This document shows, in pieces, positions 22,892-35,062 of a DNA stretch of 56,459 nucleotides (its first letter is position 1; each line of letters opens with the position of its first letter). A model generated the notes under the pieces. It did no database searches and was not told where the DNA came from. It saw only the letters and a program-made list of their open reading frames with translations. A program made the translations under genes and the position numbers. The stretch is from contig NC_057720.1 in NCBI RefSeq assembly GCF_004010195.1, positions 29,913,631-29,970,089 of the forward strand, read 5' to 3'. The DNA comes from Chiloscyllium plagiosum. Its lineage: Eukaryota.

Positions 22892-23786
22892 TAGAGTCAT
22901 TGAGTCATAGAGATGTACAGCATAGAAACAGACCCTTTGGTCCAACCCGTCCATGCCGACTAGATATCCCAACCCAATCTAGTCCCACCTGCCAGCACCC
23001 GGCCCATATCCCTCCAAACCCTTCCTTTTCATATACCCATCCAAATGCCTCTTAAATGTTGCAATTGTACCAGCCTCCACCATATCCTATGGCAGCTCAT
23101 TCCATACACGTACCACCCTCGGTGTGAAACCGTTGCCCCATAGGTCTCTTTTATATCTTTCCCCTGTCACTCTAAACCTATGCCCTCTAGTCCTGGACTC
23201 TCCGACCCCAGGGAAAAGACTTTGCCTATTTACCATGCCCCTTATAACTTTGTAAGCCTTTATAAGGTCACCCCTCAGCCTTCGACACTCCAGGGAAAAC
23301 AGCCCCAGCCTGTTCAGCCTCTTCCTATAGCTCAAATCCTCCAGCCCTGGCAACATCCTTGTAAATCTTTGCTGAACTCTTTCAAGCTTCACAACATCTT
23401 TCCGATAGGAAGGAGACCAGAATTGCACACAATATTCCAACAGTGTCCTAACCAATGTCCTGTACAGCTGCAACATGACCTCCCAACTCCTGTACTCAAT
23501 ACTCTCATCAATAAAAGAAAGCATACCAAACATCTTCTTCACTATCCTATCTACCTGTGACTCCACTTTCAAGGAGCTATGAACCTGCACTCCAAGGTCT
23601 CTTTGTTCTGCAACACTCCCTAGGACCTTAACATGAAGTGTTTAAGGCCTGCTAAGATTTGCTTTCCCAAAATGCAGCACCTCACATTTATATGAATTAA
23701 GCTCCATCTGCCACTTCTCAGCCCATTGGCCCAACTGGTCTAGATCCTGTTGTAATCTGAGGTAACCCTCTTCACTGTCCACTATA
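22892..23786 (-). mobile_element. 5'-truncated CR1 (HER1-like) LINE
   Basis: ORF 23087..23590 is the CR1 RT C-terminus; very similar to 140-859. Confidence 0.95.
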
Positions 23787-24129
23787 TCTGCCCTAACTGC
23801 CTGAGAAGGCATATTGGATGGAGAGCAAAATGTATCTGGAAGTATAACTGTGCAGCATAGATGTTTGCATATTGATAGCTATGTAGAGTTTAAATATAGC
23901 TTGAAGTACACCTGCAGCTTGACCCAGAACAATCTGTTCCCAATTTGTGTCCTGAATGAAGTTTTCACTTGTAAGATTCGCAGGCCTGAGGATGATGAAA
24001 TGTGCTAGAAGATGTCGAGTCTGCCCACTAAAAGGATCTTAATTCAGTGTTCAAGGTGCTGTAACCCATGCAACATCAAGTGTAAAAAGAAAGCCTTGCT
24101 GTTTTTGGGTATCGAGTTTTCAAACAGGG

Positions 24130-24420
24130 CAGTGGGAATTGGTACTCAGAAAACTATTTTAGAAATCTAACTTTTCATATTTGGGCCATGGGTTTCAATC
24201 AATCCCAGGCAGAAAAGATTTTTAAAAAGTCATTTGCTGGTGAAAGAATACAAACACAGGAGGTTAGAATGTTACCTTTTCATTCCTAGGACTTTATTTC
24301 AAATATAACCCAGATAGTTAGGATAAAAAATCTTTGCTGCCATATCTCTTAAAGATCCATAGTGAAATGAGGTGAGGCAGTGTCAATTTAATTCCCAGTG
24401 GGTGTGAGTGCATACAACTG
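24130..24420 (+). mobile_element. LF-SINE-like ancient SINE, 5' half, with an apparently duplicated head
   Basis: ccttttcattcctagg...ttcaaatataacccag...gtgaaatgaggtgaggcagtgtcaatttaattcccagtgg is colinear with the recalled LF-SINE head and core; a second head-like block lies at 24130-24212. Confidence 0.45.
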
Positions 24421-24614
24421 GCTTCAAAGAAAAAAATATGCTAAGTGTTGATATTGTGCCAATTACTAGAACTGATGCATGTCTTACAGAAAGAAAACTC
24501 TAGCTTCAAGGGGAATAGCAACTCCTTGATGTTGGAAATTATTTCCTAATTGTTTGTCCAGGTTGCATCACGAAGGATGAAATAACTCTTTTATGTAGGT
24601 AGCATTTTAGACCA

Positions 24615-24790
24615 TCCTACTGGAGTGAAGGACCCCTACTGTTCGACTGTTATTGGAGTGTGGACTGATGATTGTTTAGCATTACAGTCTATTGACCATA
24701 TTCTCCAATGTCCTACTGGAGTGAAGGCCCCCTATTGCTCTGCCATATAGGATTGCTCAATGATGATTATTTTGCATTACAGCATATAAC
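24615..24790 (+). repeat. Diverged tandem duplication, 96-bp period
   Basis: tcctactggagtgaagg at 24615 and 24711; tgatgatt...gcattacag repeated in both units. Confidence 0.85.
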
Positions 24791-26360
24791 AGATGGCAAG
24801 AATTGACCACTTACAATGAATGATTGCTTTTTCATATCACCTTCATGTTAGATGGAACCATAGTGCAATGTTTTAATACCAAAACAATGGTTAAGCTGTT
24901 TGTCTGACCACATCAGTTCCTAACACTGTGTGAAACGCTAATCTTGATGTACCACTGTTATGACAGTGTTGTCGGTAGTGAGGGGTGAGTGACTGAATGA
25001 TGAATGAGCACTCTCGCAAACATTATCTTAGTGAAGTGTTACTGAACAACATGGGAGAAGCATTTGGATGGGCATTGTATGCCTACCTGACTAACAAAGG
25101 AAAGACAGAAATTGTTGAAAAGGCAAAGGAATTATAGAGAAGGTTAAGAAAAAAATCTTAAAAGGAAGAAAATGTAGTTAAAATGACTTAATTTCAAGGG
25201 ATACTTGAATGGAGATTATTTCAAATCTAGTATCAATACAGTTTCACATAACACTCTTCGCTTATAGGCCAAAATCAACCATGAGATATTAGCAGTAATA
25301 TTAATATATTATTTTGTTAGCTATAATAAGGAATGAGTTAACTATTATTTTAAACAATACAGTAACGTAATTAAGAGTCAGACTTATGAATTGCTTACAA
25401 ACGTATGGGGCTTAATATTCAGCCTGTGCTGGGCTAGGTTTGGCAATAAACAGAATGTCGGTTCCTAGGCTCCATCGACTAGGCTTCCTAGGCTTCCAGA
25501 CCTGGAAGCCAAATGGTGGCAGTGGGTAACTATTACAGCTCATATGACTAATTAAAAGAGGCATACTGGAATTTCCTGTCAGCCTCCAGTTTCCCACAGT
25601 TGGTAGGTGCTGGTTTAGGTTTCTCTCAGCCAAATTCATCAGGCAGTGATAGAGGATCCCCCTGGTTGCAGAAGTGCAGTAGGAGCCGCATTATATACAG
25701 TGGGGTTTCATACATTCACCCCACAACCTCTTCCATTCTGCTGACCTGACTGCAAAGGTCACTTTTCAAATTAAGGTTTGAAAAGCTGAAGATGCCTCCA
25801 TCTTAAAGCACTCCTCCTCACTCACAACCTTCACAATATGTTACTTTTTCATGTTAGAAGACATCTCATTGTCCCTACACACCAAGAGATGCTGTATGAT
25901 TCCTCCAAGCAATAACAATGACATCATGAGTGACTAGTTCTGTGGACATCAATGCTGACCTTGTATCAGATTCTTCAGTCGTGAGAGAACCTGCGGAAGG
26001 TGATAAAGCCACCTACTACTTAGAAGTATCTACCACCTTGTGGTTATACCTAGAGGTCTATAAACTACTCCCACCATTGGTTACAGACCCTTACTGTTCC
26101 TAACCTCACTGGACTGACTTATTGATTTTCTGAGCAAAAATCCTTTATCACCAACACCCCCACCCAGAGGAAACCGCTGTGCTTAAGATTTTCAGGAAGG
26201 TTTTGTTTTAATTGGTATTTAGACGTGTTCCCTGTCTGATTAAGAATGGAGGTAGGTTCTTGAGGCTGGATGACCAATCCGGGAACTTCTAGCTGGAAAG
26301 GGGCAGCAAGCTGTGCTGGCGGTGAGAGACAAGTCACTCCAAAAAGAAGATACCCCATAT

Positions 26361-26692
26361 GGGTGGCATGGTGGCTCAGTGGTTAGCACTGCTGCCTCAC
26401 TGCACCGGGGACCCAGGATCGATTCCACTCTCGGGCGACTGCCTGTGTGTGGGTTTCTGCTGGGTGCTCCGGTTTCCTCCAACAGTCCAAAGATGTGTGG
26501 GTTAAGTGGATTAACCATGCTAAATTGCCCCACAATGTCCAGTGATGTGCCGGCTACGTGGGTTAGCCATGGTAAATGCAGGGGTACTGGGATTGGTTAG
26601 GGGCTTGGGTCTGGGTGGGATGCTCTTCAGAAGATCAGTGCAGACCCAATGGACCAAATGGCTTCTTTCTGCACAGTAGGAATTGTATGATT
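26361..26692 (+). mobile_element. HE1 SINE
   Basis: gggtggcatggtggctcagtggttagc head, HE1 core, CR1-like tail. Confidence 0.9.
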
Positions 26693-27659
26693 CAACAATT
26701 TTTAAAATTGAAAATACCTCTGTGGTGGGGCTACCATTGTGAGAGAGCTTGAGTAGGGAGAAAAATCACCTACAGGATGGTCTTTGTTAGCACTCATATC
26801 CAGATAGGCAAGCATGGAGGGTCACCAGAACTACTTATATCACTGGCCTCCTGGAACCTACTTCTAAGCAGCTAAACTGGCTAAACTTGCTGTGGGAAAT
26901 TGTGCTTTGACTGGAAAATTCAGGTTGGGCTCCTTTAATTGCACATAATAGTATATCACCACATGAGATAAGCTCTTTCAATTTTGATTGAACCTCTGTG
27001 AAAATGGCTGGCACTAGAAATAGCATCATGAAACTGGCTAACTGGTCAGCATTGGTGTTATCCGGCCACTTCTGATTTTTTTCCCTTAATGAATCCCAAA
27101 ACTTCAGCCCATTTTCTATTTGGGAATATTTCTTTCAAATCAAATAACACAGAACAGTACAGCAAAGGGACAGGCCCTTCAGTCCGTAAACCTGTGCTAG
27201 CATGTGATGTCTTTCTAAACTTGCTCACCATGTTTCGATCGTGATGATTATGTCATAATAATTCATTTCTATTTATCAATCATTTAACTTATTACCAGTG
27301 CTTCATACATTCACATAAAGAGCTTTTAATTTTACATTTTTATTGGTACTCTCTGCATGAATCTCTTTCAGTTGTTACTGTAAAATGTTGTGCATTCTTG
27401 TCCCAAACTGCTTTCTTTTAGCCAAATTGCTACTGCCTTGAATTTTCACTTTAGATTTTAATATCTCTTTTGCTTGAAACCACTCCAGCTTTTAATTAAA
27501 AGGCTGGTCCATGACTTTCCCTCGTTCCTCAGTGTTGAGGGCAATGTCCATGAATTGCCCCCTTTCTTCCTGTCTCTCTCTTTAAGCCATATGTCGTAAT
27601 TCCTTAATTTGTTTCATGATAAACATGTGGCTCAGATAACAATTCTGAGATTATCACAT

Positions 27660-27750
27660 TTGAGATTAAACTAGAAATTCTGGCAACTGGTCTGGTCTGA
27701 GTGCATCTGTGGAGGGAGAAACAGAGTTAACATTTTATGCCTGTGACTTT
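27660..27750 (-). mobile_element. Degenerate PLE pseudo-LTR remnant (older family)
   Basis: gcatctgtggagggagaaacagagttaac is the reverse complement of the motif at 32210-32240. Confidence 0.45.
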
Positions 27751-27769
27751 AAGTCACAATTTTCTTTTA

Positions 27770-28608
27770 ATTCTTTCATAGGATGTGGGTCGCTACTTGC
27801 TTGGCCAGCATTTTATTGTCCACCCCTAATTGCTCTTGAAAAGGTGGTGGTGAGCTGCCTTCTTGAACATTACAATCCATTTGTCACACACTGATAGGGA
27901 TGAAGTTCCAGAATTTTGACCCAACAGCAATAAATTTTCAAGTCAGAGTGGTGAGTGACTTGGAGGGGAGTTTTATGGTTATGGTGTTCCTATGTACTGC
28001 CCTTGGTCTTCTAGATGGAAGTGGTCATCAATTTGGAAATTGCTGTCGAAAGAGACTTGGTGAATGTCTGCAGTGCACCATATAAATGGTACACAGTGCT
28101 GAGAGATTGAGTAGACTGGGACTGTACTCACTGGAATTTAAAAGAGTCGGGATGGGGGGGACTTTATAGAAACATATACAATTATGAAGGGATAGGATAG
28201 AAACAGGGAGGTTGTTTCCACTGGCAGGCAAAACTATAACCAGGCGGGCATAACCTCAAAATAAGGGAAGCAGATTTAGGACTGAGTTGAGGAGGAACTT
28301 CTTCGTGAATCTGTGGAATTCCCTGCCCATGAAGTAGTTGAGGCTTCCTCATTGAATTTTTTCAGGCAAAGATAGATAGAGTTTTGAACAGTAAAGGAAT
28401 GAAAGGTTATGGTGAACAAGCAGGTGATCAGAGCTGAGTCCACGAAAAGATCAGTCATCATTTTATTGAATGGCGGACCAGATCAATGGACTAAACGGCC
28501 TATTCCTGCTCCCATTTCTTATTTTATTATCTTCTTATGTACTGAACATTGGTAGTGAAGAGAGTGAATGTTTATGGATGTGATGCCAAATAAGGATGCT
28601 GCTTTGTC
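27770..28608 (-). mobile_element. 3' end of the CR1/L2-group LINE, interrupted by a CR1
   Basis: ggatgtgggtcgctacttgcttggccagcattttattgtcc matches the reverse complement of the 21100-21170 tail. Confidence 0.8.
28100..28540 (+). mobile_element. CR1 3' fragment
   Basis: gagagattgagtagactgggactgtactcactggaa; tgtggaattccctgcc; tail ttcttatg. Confidence 0.85.
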
Positions 28609-29029
28609 TCTTTTTTATTCCTGTTGTGTAATAAAAATCAGTTTATTGTTGAAACTAAATTTACAGGGTTATGAATCTATTGTTTAGTGAAAAGTCATCA
28701 CATTAAGATAAAAACAGGATCTATCAAGCTAGATTTCATTCTGTGATCAGTGGGCCATGGTAAGTCCTATAGGTCCAATGTAACCAGTCAGGGATTTATG
28801 GTCAATCAGCCACAGAGATGCTCAGATATCAGACAACCATCTGGCCAGAGATCCAGATACTCATCAGTCAGGCAGTCCTTCAAGTCAATTGGGGAGTGAG
28901 TCATGATAACTCCTGGGGTCAAGGGGTCAATAGGGGTCCAGTGTTGTGGTGGTGATATTGGGGAACTCAGTGATGGGGATTGGAGGCAGCATGTTGGTAA
29001 TCCAAGACAACAGTAAGGCCTTTATTCGA

Positions 29030-29420
29030 TCAAGTTTAGAAGAATATGGGTGCTTTTATTGAAACATGCGAGATTCTGAGGGAATTTGACAAAATAGATG
29101 TTGAGGAGATGTTTCCACATGTGGGAGAATCTTGCACTAATGGACATTGCTACAGAATAAGGAGAGATTCATTTGAAAACTGAGATGTGAAGCTATTTCT
29201 TCTCTCTGGGGCAGTAAATATTTCGAATTCTCTGCCCTAGAGAGGTGTAGATGCTAGATCACTGACAGTATTCAAACAGGAGGTAGAAAGATTTTTGAAA
29301 TATTAGCAAGTTGAGAGCTTTGAGGAGTTGGCACGAAAGAGGAGTTGAGGCCCAGGGCAGATCAGCCATGATCTTGTTGTTTGACTGGGCAGGCTTGAGA
29401 GGCCTACTCCTCCTCCTATT
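29030..29420 (+). mobile_element. Degenerate CR1 3' fragment
   Basis: ttattgaaacatgcgagattctgaggg...gaattctctgccc...cctatgttcttatgttc tail. Confidence 0.75.
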
Positions 29421-29499
29421 TCCTATGTTCTTATGTTCAAACAGATTTTACATTTTTTATTTCTCTCCCACTCATACCAAGTTCAATTTACAAATTATC

Positions 29500-30176
29500 A
29501 CTGTACATAATTGCTTACCTATTAGTTCCTGGTCCAGCAATGTCTTACCTTTAAAATTGTCATTCTCATGTTCAAATCCCTATGTGGTCTCCCCTCTCCC
29601 AATCTTGAAATCTCAAGTTTTATAATTGTCCAAGACCTCGAGCTATATTCCTTCAAGGAATCATTTGTGCATCCCTTGCTCCCTTTCAAACACTGATTGC
29701 CATGCTGTTAGCTGTCTACTCCCTGAACATTGAAAATGCTATAATGGACCTCTCTGACTTGACACTTCTCTCTCCTCCTTTAAGACATTCCTCAAAATTA
29801 ATGTCTTTGTCTTTAGTCAGCTGTCCTACCATCTCTATCTTTGTTTCAAGGCCAAATTTGGTTTGAATATGCTCCTGTAAAGGTTTCCTTATTACATCAC
29901 TGGGGACACACAGTCATGTAGTGGTTGATGACAGTGGGCTCGAAATCCAGAAGACCAGACAATGCTCTGGCAAGATGAGTTCAAATCTTCCTAAAGAAGC
30001 CAGTCAAATTAAAATTCAATGAATAAATCTAGAAATGAAACCTAGTCTCAATAATGGTGACCATTATATGGTCAATTCAAGAGCAATAAATGCTTTTCTT
30101 GCTAGCACTGCTCACATCCCATGACCGACTAAAATTAAATAAAGGCACTACATATAACACAATCTATTGCTGTTGC
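29500..30176 (+). mobile_element. Degenerate L2-type LINE 3' end, interrupted by a SINE
   Basis: ctctcctcctttaagacattcctcaaaa...gctcctgtaaag and, after the SINE, taaaggcactacatataacac...gctgttg resemble an L2 3' terminus. Confidence 0.5.
29902..30135 (+). mobile_element. tRNA-Ser-like SINE sharing head and tail with the CR1/L2-group LINE
   Basis: tagtggtt...tgggctcgaaatcca...gagttcaaatc head aligns to minus 34740-34620; tail caataaatgct...gctcacatcccatga aligns to 21135-21180. Confidence 0.75.
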
Positions 30177-31449
30177 CAAAAGATTAATGGATTTACATAA
30201 GTGTGAGGCCCTTTTCAGGCAGGCACCTTGCCTATGAATAAATGAATCATGAATCTGAGTTGTCAATTAAATCACGTCTTATTGCATCGTTTTTTATTTC
30301 TGGAAACTGCAACATTTTCACTTAAATTTCAACAGGCTTTCTTAATAACTTGTCTATTTGCCACTAAATAACCAGCCACATCAACACTAGACCTTTGCCT
30401 TTCTTGTCACCGATGCTTTTTTGCCCCTTTCTGTTTATGTTTAATTATCAGATACAGTGCATCATAAGAAAGAACCAAACTTACCCAATCCTTATCCACA
30501 GTGAAACCTAAGAGCTCTAAAGCTACATTGAACACTCAAATTTCCCTTTTTTTGAGTCTTAAATCGCTTCCCAAGCAGAAGTGTTTCAGTGGCTAGACTA
30601 AATTGCATTAAGGGTGAACAATAAGGAAAGTGAGCATCCGGAGGATTGGAAGCTATGAGGAAGAAAAAAAAAATCACTAAATTAGTTTTGATGTGCATGG
30701 AGCCAATTAAGAAACAGAAAGTGGCTAAAATGCCTGAGCCTCTCAATCCAATGCTAATCAGACATGGTTCAGAAATTGATTCCACATAAGGTAGAATTGG
30801 CCAGGTGCACCCCCTAGGAGAGCATTCTAACTCAGCCATAGATTACTTGAAGATAATTTCCTTTTTCTCCTGTCTCGCACTAGACTGAAAGAGATTTGCA
30901 AAGGTCAGGATTAAAAGGATGAAAGTAACGAGGTTTTTGCCACCACCCAAAAGCTGCACTGATCCCTTTTTTCACAGCCTCGCCGTCTTTCCTCAACTTA
31001 TTTCAGATTCCTCTTTCAATCTAAGCTCTCTCTGAAGACTTAAATTATTAACTCTCCACTAGGTAATATTTAAAGCCTCAGGTATAAGCTCTGAACTATT
31101 AGGAAGTGTCTAACTGGTTGCATCCTCAAATATCTATACACAGTTCTCGTAGAGGCCATGAGAACTGTGGCAAATTACTTGAAAATCTACTGTACTTATC
31201 TCAGAAATAAGTAAGGGATCAAAGTTTCATTAATTCAAATATCATTTACCTTTGCTTTCTGCTGATTTAAATAGTACCTGCTAACTAGGTTTTAACAGGC
31301 ACCTGAACTTCCTGCAATAATCTGTTGAACTATGCTTCTCCACTTATGCGAACTTGTTACTAGGCGTGTGTTGTCCCTGTTTGATTCAGACTGCATTAGC
31401 AATAAGTGAACTCCTAAATTCTCACATGTATCTTTGGTTTGGTAATTAC

Positions 31450-32860
31450 AGTACATCAAAATAAACTGGGATACATAAGCCATGTAAAAGCTGACATGAG
31501 AGTGAACCCCAAAAGAAGTTTCATCCTGCTTGACATTACAACCCCATAAGTCCTATTCCACCATCAGAATGGACCCAGTAATGGTGAAGCACAATCATAC
31601 GTGGTCAAGTCAGAGATGCCTTTGGAATCTGCAACATTAATGCTGGACTCCATTCATTCTTATGAGTTCAAGCCAAAAATAAACAAAGACATTGTCTGCT
31701 TGCTACCACATACCACTCTCTCTCTGCTGGTGCATCAGTACTATTATGTATATTACTTGTAGGAGGTACAGAGGATAGCAGAGACTCATACTGTAATCTA
31801 GGTCAGCTATTTCAATGTCCACTAACAAGAGTGACTAGGTCATATCACTACTGACTGTGCAAGTCAAGTACTGAAAGACAGCTAATAGACTGCATTTGGA
31901 TTGGTCAATGAAAGAACCAACATCAGAAAGGAGTAAACCTTACCCTGTCCTCATTAAATTACCTGCTGTATTTATGTCTCTCCCCAAGACTGTTGGATCT
32001 ACCACCAGACAATCCTTACAATGACCAAATGAGCATGTCGTATCATGTGGCAATACTGCTCTGTTCAATTGAGATGTAGAACAGATATAATAACTCAAAA
32101 TTGGGCACAAATCACTGTGGCTATCAAGAGCTGTGTAACTGCATTCTGCTACAATTAATGATGTCATTACTTAAGTTATTTAGAAGGATCATATTAGACT
32201 TGAAATATAAATTCTGTTTCTCTCTCCACAGATACTGCCAGATCTGCTGATTTTCTTTAAGATTTTCTTTTTTAATTTTAGATCTACAGCATCACCGGTA
32301 GTTTGCTTTTACATGAATGTCATAACTTGGCTTATTTTTCACTTCTGCATCACTATCAAAATATATATCAATCTTGCATCAGTGAAGAATGTGAAAGAAT
32401 GTACCAAAAGCAGCAAAGTCTCTGACTTTATGAGGGGCCAAACGATAAATCATATTACAGACTACAGACATATTAAACAATGGAAACAACAAGCTGTAGA
32501 CAGCAGTAAGCAATCACACATCCAATAGATCAAATCAATGTAGCCCGTTCACATCCAGGCATGGTTTGTGATGGTCAATTAAGCAGCTGAAGAAAATAGG
32601 ATATTCCATGAAGATCCCCAATATAGATGATAGTGGAGCTCAATAAGATGCGCAGAATCAATGATTGTTTTTGGTGAAAATTATGGATTCTTGATCACTC
32701 ATCACAAATATTATGGGTCTTGATATCTTCCCTGCTATATTGTTGATGACTGCTATAGCTAAGATCCTGCAGTATAGCGACAACACTAGTATTTAATGAA
32801 CATCATGAAAAATTGTTCAGGAATGTCGTTTTCACAAAAAGGGCAATTGCAATGTCCTAG
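31450..32860 (+). mobile_element. Highly degenerate copy of the CR1/L2-group LINE (endonuclease to RT start)
   Basis: atttcaatgtccactaacaagagtg and cagtatagcgacaacact...aaaattgttcagg are colinear with 18410-19900. Confidence 0.65.
32180..32310 (+). mobile_element. Degenerate PLE pseudo-LTR remnant (older family)
   Basis: ctgtttctctctccacagatactgccagatctgctga...tacagcatc parallels the gatgctgcctgacctgct...ccagcatc motif of the younger PLE arms. Confidence 0.5.
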
Positions 32861-34740
32861 GCAATTTTACACATTGTCAGGGAGATGCTTTATTTGTAGC
32901 TGTACTGGAACAATTTGACTAGGGGTGCAATGTGTTTTGGAGCACATGTCTTCAATGATATTGCTGAAATGCTGTTGTGGCCCATAGCCTTTGCAGAAAC
33001 CAGTGCCTCCAGCTGTTTCTTTATATCACATAAAGCGAATCAAATTGGCTGGAGACTGGTATATGTGATGCTGGGCAACTCCAAGGGAGACAAAGATGGA
33101 CCATCCACTTGGCACTTCTGGCCAAAGAATGTTACAACCGCCTCGGCCTTATCTTTTGCATGAATGTGCTGGGCTCCTCCATCATTGAGAAAATGGATAT
33201 TTGTGAAGTCTTCCACTCCAAAGAATTGTTTAATTGCTCACTATCATTCATGACTGGATGTGACAGGACTGCAGAGCTGAGTTCTGAGTCATTAGTTTTG
33301 GAAACAGTTAGCTCTGGTCATTACTTACTGCTTAAGGTGTTTGGCATGCAAGTAGTCCTGTTTAGTAGCTTCACCTGGTTAACATCATATTTTAGCTTTC
33401 TATGCCAGATGCTGCTCCTGACATGTCCTCCTGAATTTAATTGAACCAGGGTGACCACCTGGGCTTGGTAGTGATGGTGGAGTGGGGAATATGACCAGCC
33501 ATGAGGTTTATTGGAGTACAATTCTATTGCTGTTGATGGCCCACAATACCTTATGCATATCCAGTCTTGAGTTGCTAGATATGTTCAACATGGAGGGTAT
33601 TCTCAACATAAAGGTGGGACTTGGTCTCCACAAGGACTGTGCATTTGTCACTCTTATCCATACCATCATGGACAAATGCATCATTCGCAGGCAGATTTGT
33701 GAGAATGAGTTCAAGTGATGATATACATTGAAGTCCTCCAGCCAGAGTACATCTTGAAATCCTCTTATTCTTCCAAGTGCTGGAGGAGCACCAATACATC
33801 AGTCAAGAATGGTCACTACATGATAATCATGAGGAGATTTCCTTGACCATGTTTGACCTAAAGTCAAGAGATTTCATGTGTTCTATTATCAATGTTGAGG
33901 ACTCTAAGGACATATCCCTTCAGACTGTATACCACGGTGCCACCACCTCTGCTTTGTCTATCCTATGGTGGCACTGTGGTATATAACAATGGTGGTGTCT
34001 GGGACATTGTGCATAAGGTATGATTCTGTGAGCATGACCATATCAGACTGTTGCTTGACCAATCTGTGAGACTCTCTCCCAATGCTAGCACTAATCCAAC
34101 CCCCCACAAAGGTTAGTAAGGAAGATATGATCAACAGGGCTGAGTTGGCCATTATCATTTCCAGTGCCGATGCCAGATGGTTCATCTGGTTTCATTCCTT
34201 TTTTGAGGTTTTTTTTAGCGGCGGATACAGCAAAATGGCTTGTTAAGCCTTTTCAGAGGACAGTTAAGAGTCAACCACATTGTTACGGGTCTGGAGTCAT
34301 GTATAGAATTAGAAGTACTACAGTGCGGAAACAGGCCCTTTGGCCCAACAAGTCCACACTGACCCTGTGGGAGGAAACCGGAGCACCCGGAGGAAACCCA
34401 CGCAGACACAGGGAGCATGTGCAAACTCCACACAGTCAGTTGCCCGAGGCTGGGATCAAACCCAGGTCCCTGGTGCTAACCACTGAGCCACCCCTATAGG
34501 ATAGATCAGGTAAAGACATTGATTTTCTTTCCACCAAATGGCATTAATTAACAAGATGGGTTTTTAAGAAAATCAAAAATGGTTTCATGCTCATGTTTTC
34601 ATTTAATTTAATTTTTAATTCCAGATATTTTCTTGAATTCAGATTCCACCAATTGCCAAAGTGGGATTCAAAACTCGGTCCACGGAACATTGCCTGGATC
34701 TTTGGATTACTAGTCCACTTACAAAATCACTAGGCATCTC
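32860..34740 (-). mobile_element. 5' half of the CR1/L2-group LINE with a tRNA-like 5' head and no ORF1
   Basis: Endonuclease N-terminus SHRLVKQQSDMVMLTESYL (33958..34185) lies only ~0.4 kb (excluding the HE1 insert) downstream of a tRNA-like head at 34740-34660. Confidence 0.8.
34307..34494 (-). mobile_element. Internally deleted HE1 SINE
   Basis: HE1 head, core and tail blocks; duplication tatag at 34302-34306 and 34495-34499. Confidence 0.85.
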
Positions 34741-34889
34741 AGTATGCATTGGAAGCTCTTGTGAGGCCCTTTTTTTTGTATTACTGATTTTATATCCCTA
34801 TCTGTCTTTAGAATACTTTCAAAGCAATGCATGGGCAATACTACTTCTGAAAGATCTCTCCAAGCTGACAATTTTTAATTTAATACTCA

Positions 34890-35062
34890 TGAGGCTAATA
34901 CAATTACAACATTTAAAAGACAACTGGATGGAAACTGAATAAGAAGGATTTAGAGGATAAGGCCAAATGCTAGTACATGGGACTAGATTCATTTAGGATA
35001 TCTGGTCGGCATGGACGGGTTGGACTGAAGGATCTGTCCCTGCAGTACATCTCTCAGACTCT
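34890..35062 (+). mobile_element. CR1 3'-end fragment
   Basis: acatttaaaagacaactggatgg...ggatatctggtcggcatggacgggttgg...acatctctcagactcta. Confidence 0.85.

Noticed and set aside
24660..24910. C/D-box snoRNA suggested by TGATGA motifs
   Set aside because: No well-placed CTGA box with a terminal stem, and no recognisable rRNA guide
25407..27110. Possible old non-autonomous DNA transposon with termini gggcttaatattc / caaaacttcagccc
   Set aside because: Only about 9/13 terminal complementarity and no clear TSD
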